Assembly (NCBI GenBank): GCA_002269645.1
Contig: NIVC01000998.1
Location: forward strand, 1-34,526
Length of the DNA: 34,526 bases
Direction: 5' to 3'
Source: Macrostomum lignano
Taxonomy: Eukaryota
The notes beneath the pieces were generated by a model. That model searched no databases. It was given only the letters and a program-made list of their open reading frames with translations, and had not been told where the DNA came from. Every line of letters begins with the position of its first letter. Position 1 is the first letter of the stretch. This document shows positions 23,001 to 33,211 of the stretch, one piece after another. Both the position numbers and the translations under genes were made by a program.

Positions 23001-23212
23001 TAATTATCATCTGATTAGCAAAAATTCTATTAGAGCAATAAAATATTTTGTTTTAAAGTGTACCGAAACATATAGTGCCATACACAGCAAAGATAGGCAC
23101 ATGAATTTTAATGAGTGGGCTTTCCAAACTACAGAAAGGCAGTAGTTTAATGGCACATAGGTGCCGTCTTGTGGCAATTTTTTCCTCAATATCAGTGCCC
23201 AGCCTAACCGTG
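20006..23212 (-). mobile_element. Chapaev/Transib-type DNA transposon, 3.2 kb, ~120-bp TIRs starting CACGGTT, flanked by ATA/ATA
   Basis: Left end cacggttaggctgggcactgatattggggaaaaaattgcc and right-end reverse complement are nearly identical over ~120 bp; one long transposase ORF inside. Confidence 0.9.
20661..22727 (-). CDS. RAG1-related DDE transposase (Chapaev-like), ~680 aa; natural ATG at 22704 is out of frame by one base in an A9 run
   Basis: N-terminal Cys/His cluster (H.ENR..LCLLC...C..C...CNCQLC); GLDGGGG (D), TADMK (D), CPYC, LHLLLG, KVHVVFCH, SEQAVES (E); C-terminal YNSHHI*. Confidence 0.85.
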   Translation of the reverse strand: MHSLYCLQCQRQKKTHNENRQSLCLLCLRRASALISSCSNFESVAADLFQDYEAVRHFLPEGVCQGCRRVLSSLRSLTPRALPPRPDYEKIIADMKSLPPATRSRLDCNCQLCEMARGNHHKGSDPKTPYTTGPARAPPGRPRERSPAPAEGATAVLSCSYCHSPVGRGKQHKCNSTAKVTNIEQTVSPRTREMLASNCIAEKTGGSTADSNSITLARHRGGHPIRVAVHVAQNSSASFPPTRTDTMMHLKTTLNLSNNQVLQAAQVLRAGASSSRAVESNLKKILVQQNRALEDYFDIQNLQFSELTSTAATADTICRPTVVCNDSVKLIAHVAQQCSFNDFHCLLGLDGGGGFFKVCVSIIGSNAKPEIGTQGANSRKFCDTGVKKILLLAIVNDVPETYGNIQALLEAIAVNELQIPVTADMKVANIICGLQPHSCTHPCPYCEALAPLTENGVPRTLGRIRQFAQQFQAAGQVCAKAKNFKNCVNMPLLPGDDDKEVLMLLPPPELHLLLGVSNRLLDKLNQAWGANRAFEWAHQHGIIRADYRGGMMEVNACRQLLRKSPQLHADLPPPLQPYGACLMAFDRLVSSAFGTELAADFEEAIENFRLAYMSLSLPVTPKVHVVFCHVGEFCRRTGQALGSCSEQAVESVHSDFAKTWSRYSLPAHHAEFGQNLLRAMVAYNSHHI

Positions 23213-23933
23213 ATAGTCATTGGCAACTAGTATACCAACTATTGCCTACCTGAAGTGCTAAGTGCCACCTAAGGACTCAAGCTTAGGAGTGCTTTTTTTA
23301 ACCTTTCCAGCAATATAAAATCAAACCTAGATTATGATAACTTAAACCAAGTTATAATTTATGATAAAATAAACCAAGTTTCTTGTGCCAAGTTTATAGG
23401 CATCCAGTCTAATTTCTAATAGGATTAGACATATGAATTGCATACATGGTTCTGATAGTAATGGCAATGATAATAGCATTGACAAAAAATTACTAGCAGG
23501 GTGCACATGGATAACTTCTCTTCTGATCCAATTGGCAAGGCAAATATTATGTTTGCAAAGCTTGTAGCTTGTTATTTGCTTTAAAAACTATTTCAAGTTT
23601 TTTCAAGAAAAGCTTTCTATTTGAATTGCAATTACAGTATGATTTTGTCACTGAGAAGTTCTGGCATCGAAAGAAATAAATTGAAAAAATCACTGCATTT
23701 CATCGATAATATCTGTTATGGAATAATCATGATGCATCTTATTTGGCTTTCTTGATCTGATCAGCTTTGTATATTAGTAGAATGTCCCGCGACTTACAGT
23801 GTCTTGCTAAGATGTGTTCTGCATACTCTGTGTCTGCACCTATTAATCTTATTTCTTATTTCTTATTCCATATAAGATATCTAAGTTGGCAGTGGATAAA
23901 ATCAAAACCTTTTTGCATGCAAAAAGTCTAACA

Positions 23934-24167
23934 ATGCTTATCAAGGTGAAAACCCTGACTGGCAAGGAGATCGAAATTGACATCGAGCCAACGGACAAGG
24001 TCGAGCGCATCAAGGAGCGAGTCGAAGAGAAGGAGGGCATCCCGCCGCCCCAGCAGAGGCTGATCTTCTCCGGGAAGCAGATGAACGACACAATGACTGC
24101 GGAAGAGCTGAAAATCACTGGCGGCTCGGTGCTTCACCTGGTGTTGGCCCTGCGCGGCGGCTGCTAG
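23934..24167 (+). CDS. NEDD8: NEDD8 (Rub1) ubiquitin-like protein, intronless, 77-aa precursor ending LALRGG-C
   Basis: [38 protein letters not shown] is identical to canonical NEDD8; Ala72 present; ACAATG start context. Confidence 0.95.
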   Translation: MLIKVKTLTGKEIEIDIEPTDKVERIKERVEEKEGIPPPQQRLIFSGKQMNDTMTAEELKITGGSVLHLVLALRGGC

Positions 24168-26839
24168 AGATGCTTATTCAGTAGGACTCTCGCTTATGCC
24201 TCTATCTCCTCCCCCGTGAACTTTATTTGTGTTAGATTGTTATTACTCGCAAGTAGACAGTACAGAGGGTGGGAATTATAATCTAATTCAATTTGGCATA
24301 ACATAGCATATTTGAACCGGCTCTTGGACAGTCCGACAGTTGACTGAATTCATAAATATACTGAGCTGAAGCGTTTGCTTGTGTCGCTTAAAATCGGCGT
24401 ACAATGCTTTCAAGTTATATCCAGTGCGCCCGGATTTCTTTTATATTTATATATAAATAGAACATCGGCAATTTTCATTTGTCCGCCTATGCTGTATATC
24501 CTATCCACTTGAAGCTGTCGTAGTTGCAAATAAAATAAGTGAATTTCTCGTTGGGCGGATACTTGTACATGCATTAATTTTTATTATTTTGTGTCTACTA
24601 TGCAATTAAAGGTTACAGAGACTTCTAATGTTTACTATTTAAGTCATTTTTGAATGAATTGGTGTGGGTTATATATGAATTGATGATTGGATTTGATTAT
24701 ATTACTTATACAGTAGTAAATTACAGAACAATTTGCAGGAGGGCTGTGGGCACCCTGGCTTATTCTGCAGTTCTTTGTAAGTTGACGTCAATATTTTGTT
24801 TTGAAATTAAATTCTAAAATAAATAGCTTTTTGAAGGGTTCTAAATAGGTCTGTAGATAGATTAGGTCCACAAAGTTATTAAAAATATTTACCAACAAGT
24901 TACTCAAAGACTCCAGAAAGACTGATGAGCGATTGTTTCTAGGAAAGTTGAGCAGGTTTTGAGCATTGAGACGAATTACGTGTTCAGACGCTGGGTGAGA
25001 CTCACCCGCCTCTACCGGAAAGCAGTGCAGCCACGCAAAATTTTTAATAGCTCTCGTTCTAGACTTGATTAACAAGCAGAACAATAAGTGCCAGTTTGTT
25101 TTTTTCCGAGGTTGATTCTTAAATTTAGCAATTGCTTTTCCTGAAATGCTACTGGAAACCGGCGAGAAAGCTAAGTTCCGGCGAAATTTATTTAGTGTAT
25201 CTTTTTCTTAAACCTAAACGAAGTTTTTTATAATGAAACCTCTTGTTTACTAAATTAAATCATATTTGCGCTAGACGTCAATCTTTCAACTTCCTGTAAA
25301 AAATCTGTCGATATTTCTACCGGACAAAGACATTTTCTGCATTCAGTTATTAACTAGTAGCTTCAACAGGTGGCATCGGGTGACTATGGACACCTTGTTG
25401 CGAATTTCTGTAGTCTGTTTCAGAGTCTGAGAACGACCCGGAGTTTGAAGTTTGCCCATTATTGATGCTTTGGTCAGTGACATAAAAAAATTGCAACAGT
25501 TGTCTATAGTCGCAGCTAGTGTCATTTATTGGAGGTTCTGAAGGCTTACTTATGCTTGAGAGACTAGCTGAGGATGTCCAGCAGTGAGGCTTGAGAAATT
25601 AGAGAAATTCGCAACAGGGTTGTCCTTATAGTTACCTGGTGCCACCTGTTGAATGTTCAGAAGCTCTGTCTGGGTGAAGGCTGTGAAGTGACCAACGAAG
25701 TCAGGACTAGGCTGATGCAGACATGTGGTCGACGTGCTGATGAAATTTGGAGGCTTGGCAAGGCTGCACTGAGGCGCAGTGCTGACTGGGGTACAAGTGA
25801 TAGCGCTATTATGGAAAAAATCCGACCGTCTGGCAGAATTGTCGAATACCTCGACGGTCCGGAGGGCTGGCGACTTGATTCTTGTTGGAGGTGCGCAACA
25901 AAGAGCTCGCCTGTATTCTGGATTTTCGTGTGCCTACGTTGCTGCTCCGTTCCAGCGCAGCAAAAAACTGTCGGGGTGGGAGGGCCCCCACTTGGTACGA
26001 GCCATAGTTCAACGAACATAAAAGTGGCTAATTGGTATTCCTTCTGTTAATTGGATTTTCACAATATAACTTCTGCTAAATTCTCCTCTGTCTGTATTAT
26101 CCTATTGCATGATTGATTGAATTGTCAACTACTTCTTTCATTCATCTAGCTTTAGTTTTTTTGACCTGGTAAATAGCGTCAATTTATCTCGCATCTAGTG
26201 TTTATAGCATATTCAATCTCTTGCTCTTATCAATCTTTCGGGATAAGATAAAGATAATAGAAATAGTTTTTTGTGTGTGGGCCATCTGCAATGGCACATA
26301 GGCCTAATACACTGCAGAAGTGGCTGCATGCCACTTTTCCAGAAGGAACAATATATAATGTGCGGCAAAGGACACAGAAGCCCGACAATGCCTATATAGA
26401 TATATATTTAATTCGACTGTTTAACTCTCGTTTGGTAATCAATCAATAAGCGCCTGCCTGCTCGTGGAATATTTGGAACAAGGCCGCCGATGGAATTTCA
26501 GTTCGTTTTCGTATTTCTATTCTTAAAGGATCGTTCGCTGAATATGTGAATAATTTGCTAACTTATTTGCGCGGAATTTCTAAGGAATTAAAGGTCACGC
26601 TGCCTCTGCGGCACGACCACTGTTGTTCATTTTAAGGTTATCTCTCTGAAAGGTACGTATGGGAGAGTGATTTTTAAACCTGTGCTTTCTTACACTTATC
26701 GAAGAGATTAGTTTCCGACGAGATTTAAAAATATATTTTTCCGACCGTGAAGGACAACTGACTGGTTACAATACCAGTGTATAAATTCTCTAAAATATTT
26801 AATGTAGCTTCAGGGGATTGATAGGTCTTCGGCGACACT

Positions 26840-27965
26840 CGTAGATTCCCAGAGAATGTCCGCCACCCTCTCAGATTCCCAGAGGTTGTCCGCCACCCTC
26901 CCAGATTCCCAGAAGTTGCCCACTACCTCCCAGATTCCCAAAAGTTGCCCACTATCCTCCCAGATTCCCAGAAGTTGCCTACTATCCTCCCAGAAGTTGC
27001 CCACTATCCTCCCAGATTCCCAGAAGTTGCCTACTATCCTCCCAGATTCCCAGAAGTTGCCCACTATCCTCCCAGATTCCCAGAAGTTGCCTACTATCCT
27101 CCCAGATTCCCAGAAGTTGCCCACTATCCTCCCAGATTCCCAGAAGTTGTCCACTATCCTCCCAGATTCCCAGAAGTTGCCTACTATCCTCCCAGATTCC
27201 CAGAAGTTGCCCACTATCCTCCCAGATTCCCAGAAGTTGCCTACTATCCTTCCAGATTCCCAGAAGTTGCCCACTATCCTCCCAGATTCCCAGAAGTTGT
27301 CCACTATCCTCCCAGATTCCCAGAAGTTGTCCACTATCCTCCCAGATTCCCAGAGGTTTCCGCCACCCTTCCAAGATTTCATGAGGTTGTACGCCACCCT
27401 CAGATTCCCCGAGGTTGTCCGCCACCCTCACAGATTCCCAGAGGTTGTCCGGCCGCCACGCTCTCAGATTCCCAGAGGTTGTCCGCCACCCTCACAGATT
27501 CCCAGAGAATGTCCGCCACTCTCTCAGATTCCCAGAGGTTGTCCGCCACTCTCCCAGATTCCCAGAAGTTGCCCACTACCTCCCAGATTCCCAAAAGTTG
27601 CCCACTATCCTCCCAGATTCCCAGAAGTTGCCTACTATCCTCCCAGAAGTTGCCCACTATCCTCCCAGATTCCCAGAAGTTGCCTACTATCCTCCCAGAT
27701 TCCCAGAAGTTGCCCACTATCCTCCCAGATTCCCAGAGGTTGTCCGGCCGCCACGCTCTCAGATTCCCAAAGGTTGTCCGCCACCCTCACAGATTCCCGG
27801 AGGTTGTCCGCCACCCTCACAGATTCCCAGAGGTTGTCTGCCACCCTTTCAGATTCCCAGAGGTTATCCGCCATCCTCTCAGATTCCATGAGGTTGTCCG
27901 CCACCCAGATTACAAGAGGTTGTCCTGTCCGGCCTCCTCTCAGATTTCCAGAGGCTGCCCACCAC
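26840..27965 (+). repeat. Composite 30-bp minisatellite (cagattcccagaagttgcccactatcctcc and cagattcccagaggttgtccgccaccct[c/t] variants)
   Basis: 30-bp periodicity with blocks of variant units. Confidence 0.95.
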
Positions 27966-30819
27966 CCTCCCCATGTCTTACCCCGGTTAAAGTTACTGAA
28001 CGAGCTAGCAACAGTTTTATATCTTTACCTTTACTCTGCCAAGTTCCTTTAGAAAACCTGTCAATATGCGCCCGCACGGTCTGCCCGGATCTGCAAAGCA
28101 TCAAATAGGTTAAAGCATTTTCAGCTCCAATTTCATTAGCCTTCTTCAAGTCCGCGTTTACGAGCTACGTGTATAGATTCGCATCGCATGAGTGTCGTAA
28201 TTAGCTTGAAGAACTGTTATGTTAATAGGTAATCTTTGAAATACTCGTAAATTGCATTGATTTTATTCTAAGTCACTGCATGGTCAAAATCAAAATCAGA
28301 ATTTTAAGCTGTTCATCAAGCTAGCAGTGTAAAAATGATTTCAAAACTGTGCAGCGCTTCTGAAACAAGCCGTGCACCAAATATTTGGTGCACTGAACTT
28401 ACCAGCCAAGATGTTGCTTTAGATGCTATCTTTGTCGACTTCATTAATCACGAATTCCTCATACTCTGTGGTGTTAGCTGTAATGAATCCGCTGCAAGAG
28501 TAAGAAAATTAAGTCTGGGCGTTTTGTTGGTGATTGTCAGAGTGCAGTGGTAGACATGCAGCGAATTGAAGCTTGGAAGCTGCGGCTGAATGTGTGGTAG
28601 GCCATGTATGCATTGATCTGTGTATCCTATACACCCGAGTTTATTAATCCCGCACATGCACTCAACAGCATGTTAAAGTTCCCACACCGAAAACAGGTGG
28701 TCAGCAAGTGGCAGCTCTAAACCAACTCAAGCCACCACAATTCTCTAGCCAAACTGCATCACCCACAGTTTAGACGCGAACCCCAGGCTTTGCGTCACTT
28801 GGGACTAAAATCTACAGGTTGCTCATATGGCCAGAACATAAAATCCAAGTTAGTTCGTGCTCATTGATATTATAAAATCTGAAGCTTTTTAGTCATTCAG
28901 ATTTCTATTTTTTTAATATTCATAAGTGAAACCTGATCCCTTTGGAGAATTTCCTCCGCAATGGTTCTAATGAATCCCCAACACCCGTAGGTGTGCCCAG
29001 TCCCGCAAACACGAAGTATGTAGCAACACAAGCGTCCGATGTTCCAGCTGTGGCCAGGCACCTGCAGCACCTGCAGCAGGCCAATAGCTTTGTTGTTATT
29101 TCATTATCTCCTCTAACCTCCCGCCCCTTATACAATGCGCTGGCGTTAAGGAGCTGAGAGAGTTGGCGAAATAGAACAACACGAAGAGGTTTTTCAAAGA
29201 AATTGGACCCCTCGAAAGTAGGCCCGATGAATATTTAGTCCGACAGGCTTCAACCTGCAGCCGCGCTCAGCGTCAGCCTCATCACCTGAACCCCATGATT
29301 ATTTTATCTGCGTGCCGCATCATCTAAGCGAGGTGAGGGGGGAAGCTGCGAGGCCGGAGACCTGAGGAATCCCTTGGCAGAAATTGGACGAAGGTTTGGC
29401 GCAGCCAATTCGAGTGTAGACATTTTGACCGGGAAGGAGGGGAGCCCTGCCTGAATGTAAGGCGTGGGATTCTTCGCTTGGCTTTTTTCACCAAGAGGCG
29501 CCCGACTTGTTCCTCCACTTTCGCGTTTCACGATTTCCAGAGTCCGATATCAGACGCGGGAAGCTGAAGGGGTCAAGAGATGAAGCCGCACCTCGTATCG
29601 AGCTGAGATGTTGCGCTGGCTGCTGCACCTCCTGGAACATGAGTGTTGACAAGACGCGTCATGTTGCGCTGAATCTCCAACTGCCTTCACCCTAAACCCG
29701 CCAGTTCTCCCACTTTCTTCTTCTGTTTTGGGTCCGTCCGCGTGAATTTCCATTCAAATACTTCGGATTCTGGGGCTTGCTTCGCAATGTATAAATATTG
29801 CACCGGCCGTGTTGTTGGGTTAAATTTGCTCGCGCATCAATACCTGTAGCTCTGCACAATCTGGCCTCTCTGTTCAATCCATTCAGCAGTGAGGATGGAT
29901 TGTTGAAAATTTCAAAACAAAACCATCATGTACGCCTTCCTATATACTAAAAATGAGTTGTCTGTATGTGTGTAAATAAATAAATAAAATAAATACTTTT
30001 ATTTGACTTGATACTTATTGCACCTTAAATGTAATTTGTTTCTCCTCAATTCGGTAGCTGCATACACTTCTTGTGGTACTACACGTCCGAAGGAGAGCTT
30101 GTATGGCGTGGACTAGCGTGCTAAATTTCACAGTTGGTTCTGGACTTATCCAACTTTCGACCTAGTGATACTGCGTCTTCACAAGCGTACTTGACTCCGG
30201 AGCTGTTTTCAACTTCTTGCATCCGACATCGTTCATTCAGTTTCAGTTTAGGCAGAGCCTTATCGGCGCCATCAAAAATTTTTTGACGGCCAAATGCAGA
30301 GCTGCAGCTTTGAATTAGCTTCGTCGGCTTGATTGGCATCTAGATTTCTTGGAAATCGAAATTTCCGAAGAAACCTCGACTAACCCGGGAGCGGAATCTG
30401 TTGCTGTTGCCGGGAACCAGCGGGGGGTCGGGGTGGACCGCCTGGAGAACTATGTTTAGCTCCCGTGTGCGCCCAGCAACCAACTCGGCTTTGATCAAAA
30501 GACGGAATATAAAAGCAACAGAGATTTGGTTAAGAAATGAATCAAGAGACCGTGAAATCGAAAGTATAGAAATTTCATTCCGTTTAGCTCAGCTACCAAA
30601 TTCCAGATCTTCTTTGTTGCATTGGTTCAGTTGGATTTATGCATTTGACTGTTGATAAACACCGGATTTTGCCTCACTGAGCTACAACCAATTTGCAACG
30701 GTGCCTCGTCGTCCCCTAGGGGAAGGGGGGCAAAAGCAGGGTTGGGAAGAGAAGACAAAGTCGGTTGTTTTCTGGCCTAGCATCTCCTTGTTGAATTGTG
30801 TTTTACTGCATGAGGGCCC

Positions 30820-31175
30820 GGCTGTTTCAGGTGGTAGTCAAAACCGTCCTGATCTACAACGTCGAGACGTGGACGCTGACGGACGCTCTGGAGAAGCGGT
30901 TAGACGCAGCACACTCGGCTCTGCTGAGAGCCCGCCTTCAGCATCAGCTACCTGACGCAGTCTCCAACACAGCCTCCACGACTGCGCAGGGCTGCGACCA
31001 CCTAGCGAGACCCTCCGCAGGTGAAGACTTCAACTGGCGGGGCACACCATCCGTGCAGAGGCCTACTGCCCTCAACCGGCGCAGGACGTCCTGCTGCTCT
31101 CGATGCATGCCCCGTGGCGCCGGGGCTACGGCCAGGCGCGCAACTACGTGGACTGCTAGCTGGATGACGCTGGGG
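30820..31175 (+). pseudogene. 3' fragment of a non-LTR retrotransposon RT (RTE-like), frameshifted
   Basis: VVKTVLIYNVETWTLT..LEKRLDAAHS.LLR; in shifted frames RLQLAGH.IRAEAYCPQPAQDVLL...PWRRG...NYVDC.LDDAG. Confidence 0.8.
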
Positions 31176-31508
31176 TGATCGGCCAGGCGCACGCTGTTGC
31201 CGTCTTCATAGAGCTCGCTCTGAGAAAACTGATCTGACACCGCCTTTTGTGAACTTTGTTGATGAAACAAAGATGTTGATGTTGTTGAAATTTGTTTATT
31301 ATCTAGCTCGTCACCCACAGCTGTAGTCAAAAAATTGAACAAAGCTGTAACACCTCATGTCGGGTCATGACAGTGGGAAGAGAATCCTGTTTTTGAGAAG
31401 ACAATGAACAAATTAATAGAGTACTAAGCTCAAATTGAGTGCGTTAATGCAAAAATTCAGTGAACATTCATCTGGTTTTATTGGCTACTTGATAGCTCCC
31501 TGACAAAC

Positions 31509-31600
31509 TGACCCCCAACCAAGAACTACAGCTGATCGGCACAGGCTATGCTCAACAGGCTGACCCCAACCAAGAACTACAACTGATCAGCAAAAACTAC
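31509..31600 (+). repeat. Short imperfect ~51-bp duplication (ctgaccccaaccaagaactaca...)
   Basis: Two adjacent copies visible. Confidence 0.7.
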
Positions 31601-33181
31601 TCCATAACATCACCTGCTCAATGAATCTGACGCATGATAGGATGTCAACTTGCTGATTAGTTACCTGCTTGTACTCTCTGCTTGGAAAGCAAAGGTGCCA
31701 TCAACGTCCCGATTGTCCCAATCTGAATACTAGCTCTGAATGATGCGTACAAGACATGACACTGCCACTCCCGCGCTCTCCGTTGTTTTTCAATCGATCT
31801 GCTAAACACGAATTGGCTCTTTTCAATCCCCTCTCCAGGACACGGGGCATTTGCGCGCTAAAACAGTCGAATTCCGTTGGAATCGCAGCAGGTCAGAAAC
31901 AATTTCCCAGTTGTTGGCAAGGCTGGCGCTGGAAATGACCTGGGGGTTCCGGCTCCTTTACTTGATCTGATCCGGCATATAGAAAACAAAATGTTTGACG
32001 CGCTAGTAACACATGTCCCAATCCATGGGTCTCTCTCTTCAACTTTCTCCGGATGATAGCAGGCCCAATATAGCGTGTGATTTTTTCGCCCCAACGCCAA
32101 AATCCCCAACGGATGGATGGCTAGATGGAAAATGACAAAAATGCGCCGCGTTGATTGGTAGTAATGCGCCCAGAGCTGGCCAGCTTAGTAAGGGGTGTTG
32201 CTATGCCAAAACATGCCAATGTCACGATACGTCAAGCCGTTGATACGCGCGTTTCTCTTGTTCAACCCATCACATTTTATGTAGGAAATATGTTTTGAAG
32301 AGAATGAAGTGACCGCTGGGCTGTTGTCCAGTCTTCGTTGCTGCGGCAGTCGCCAGTTCCTGGGACTATCGGGACTGGACCAACTGACTGGAGAAAATCA
32401 CTAATGATTTTGCACGGGGAGAGGGGCGGCGCTGAGGGACTGGAGTGAAGACGGGGGTGGACAAATGGCTTTAGAATTGACCGCCGGCCGTCTTTCTCTT
32501 CAGACAAGCTCGCTCTATTAGCTACTCTCTCCCTCTCTCGGAAATTTTCTCACCGCCAAACCGGGTTCCCGAGGACACAGCCGCGTCCTGTTCACACAGA
32601 CCGGCAATATGAATTCGGTGAATTTTACATCATACAAATTCGCTACTTGGGTTTCAATCTTGAAACTCTCTGGTTGCCAACTACTATGGGGCAGGGTGTG
32701 ATGCAACGCAGCTCCACATGCCTCAAGCGGCGCCATAAACACAGCGAAATAATTGTGTCCTCGCATCGCGCAGCTGCTGCTTGGTTGAAGCTGCGAAGAG
32801 GCTGCAAGTTGGGGGCTTTATCTATGTTGCCGATCCTGCCCCATCGTCTGTTGGTCATCAAAATTTTGATTGCCTCAATATTAGCTGGGCTCGGTTGCGT
32901 AGCTGGGGACCTGAGAGGGCGCACACCGGAATAGGAAGCTAATTGTCTCGGTCTCGATTTGATGCGAAGAGCGTCAAAGCCAACTTTGTCGTACGCTGGC
33001 TAGTGCCTGCCGTTAGGGCTCTGCTTGAATCTACACGAGTGCTGTTCATTCAAATTCAAACCGACTGGTTTTGGTTGAAATAACTTTTCAACCTCACTAA
33101 AAACAGTTAAAAGATCCGCAGACAGAAAACACACAAAACTTGTTGAACGCTCGTATTAACGTTTTACCATCTTGTCCTTCA

Positions 33182-33211
33182 TCTCTCTTTTCCTCTCTCT
33201 CTCTCTCTCTC
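33182..33211. repeat. (CT)n microsatellite; a second one near 33587-33612
   Basis: Direct. Confidence 0.85.

Noticed and set aside
19915-23189. Two near-identical small ORFs (KKLPQDGTYVPLNYC) at 19915-20196 and 23007-23189
   Set aside because: Translations of the two TIRs.
23886-23933. N-terminal extension of NEDD8
   Set aside because: Starts at TTG in AT-rich sequence; the canonical ATG at 23934 has good context.
26810-28108. Long repetitive ORFs (LPTILPDSQK, NFWESGRIVG)
   Set aside because: A 30-bp stop-poor repeat open on both strands and in several frames; no evidence of coding.
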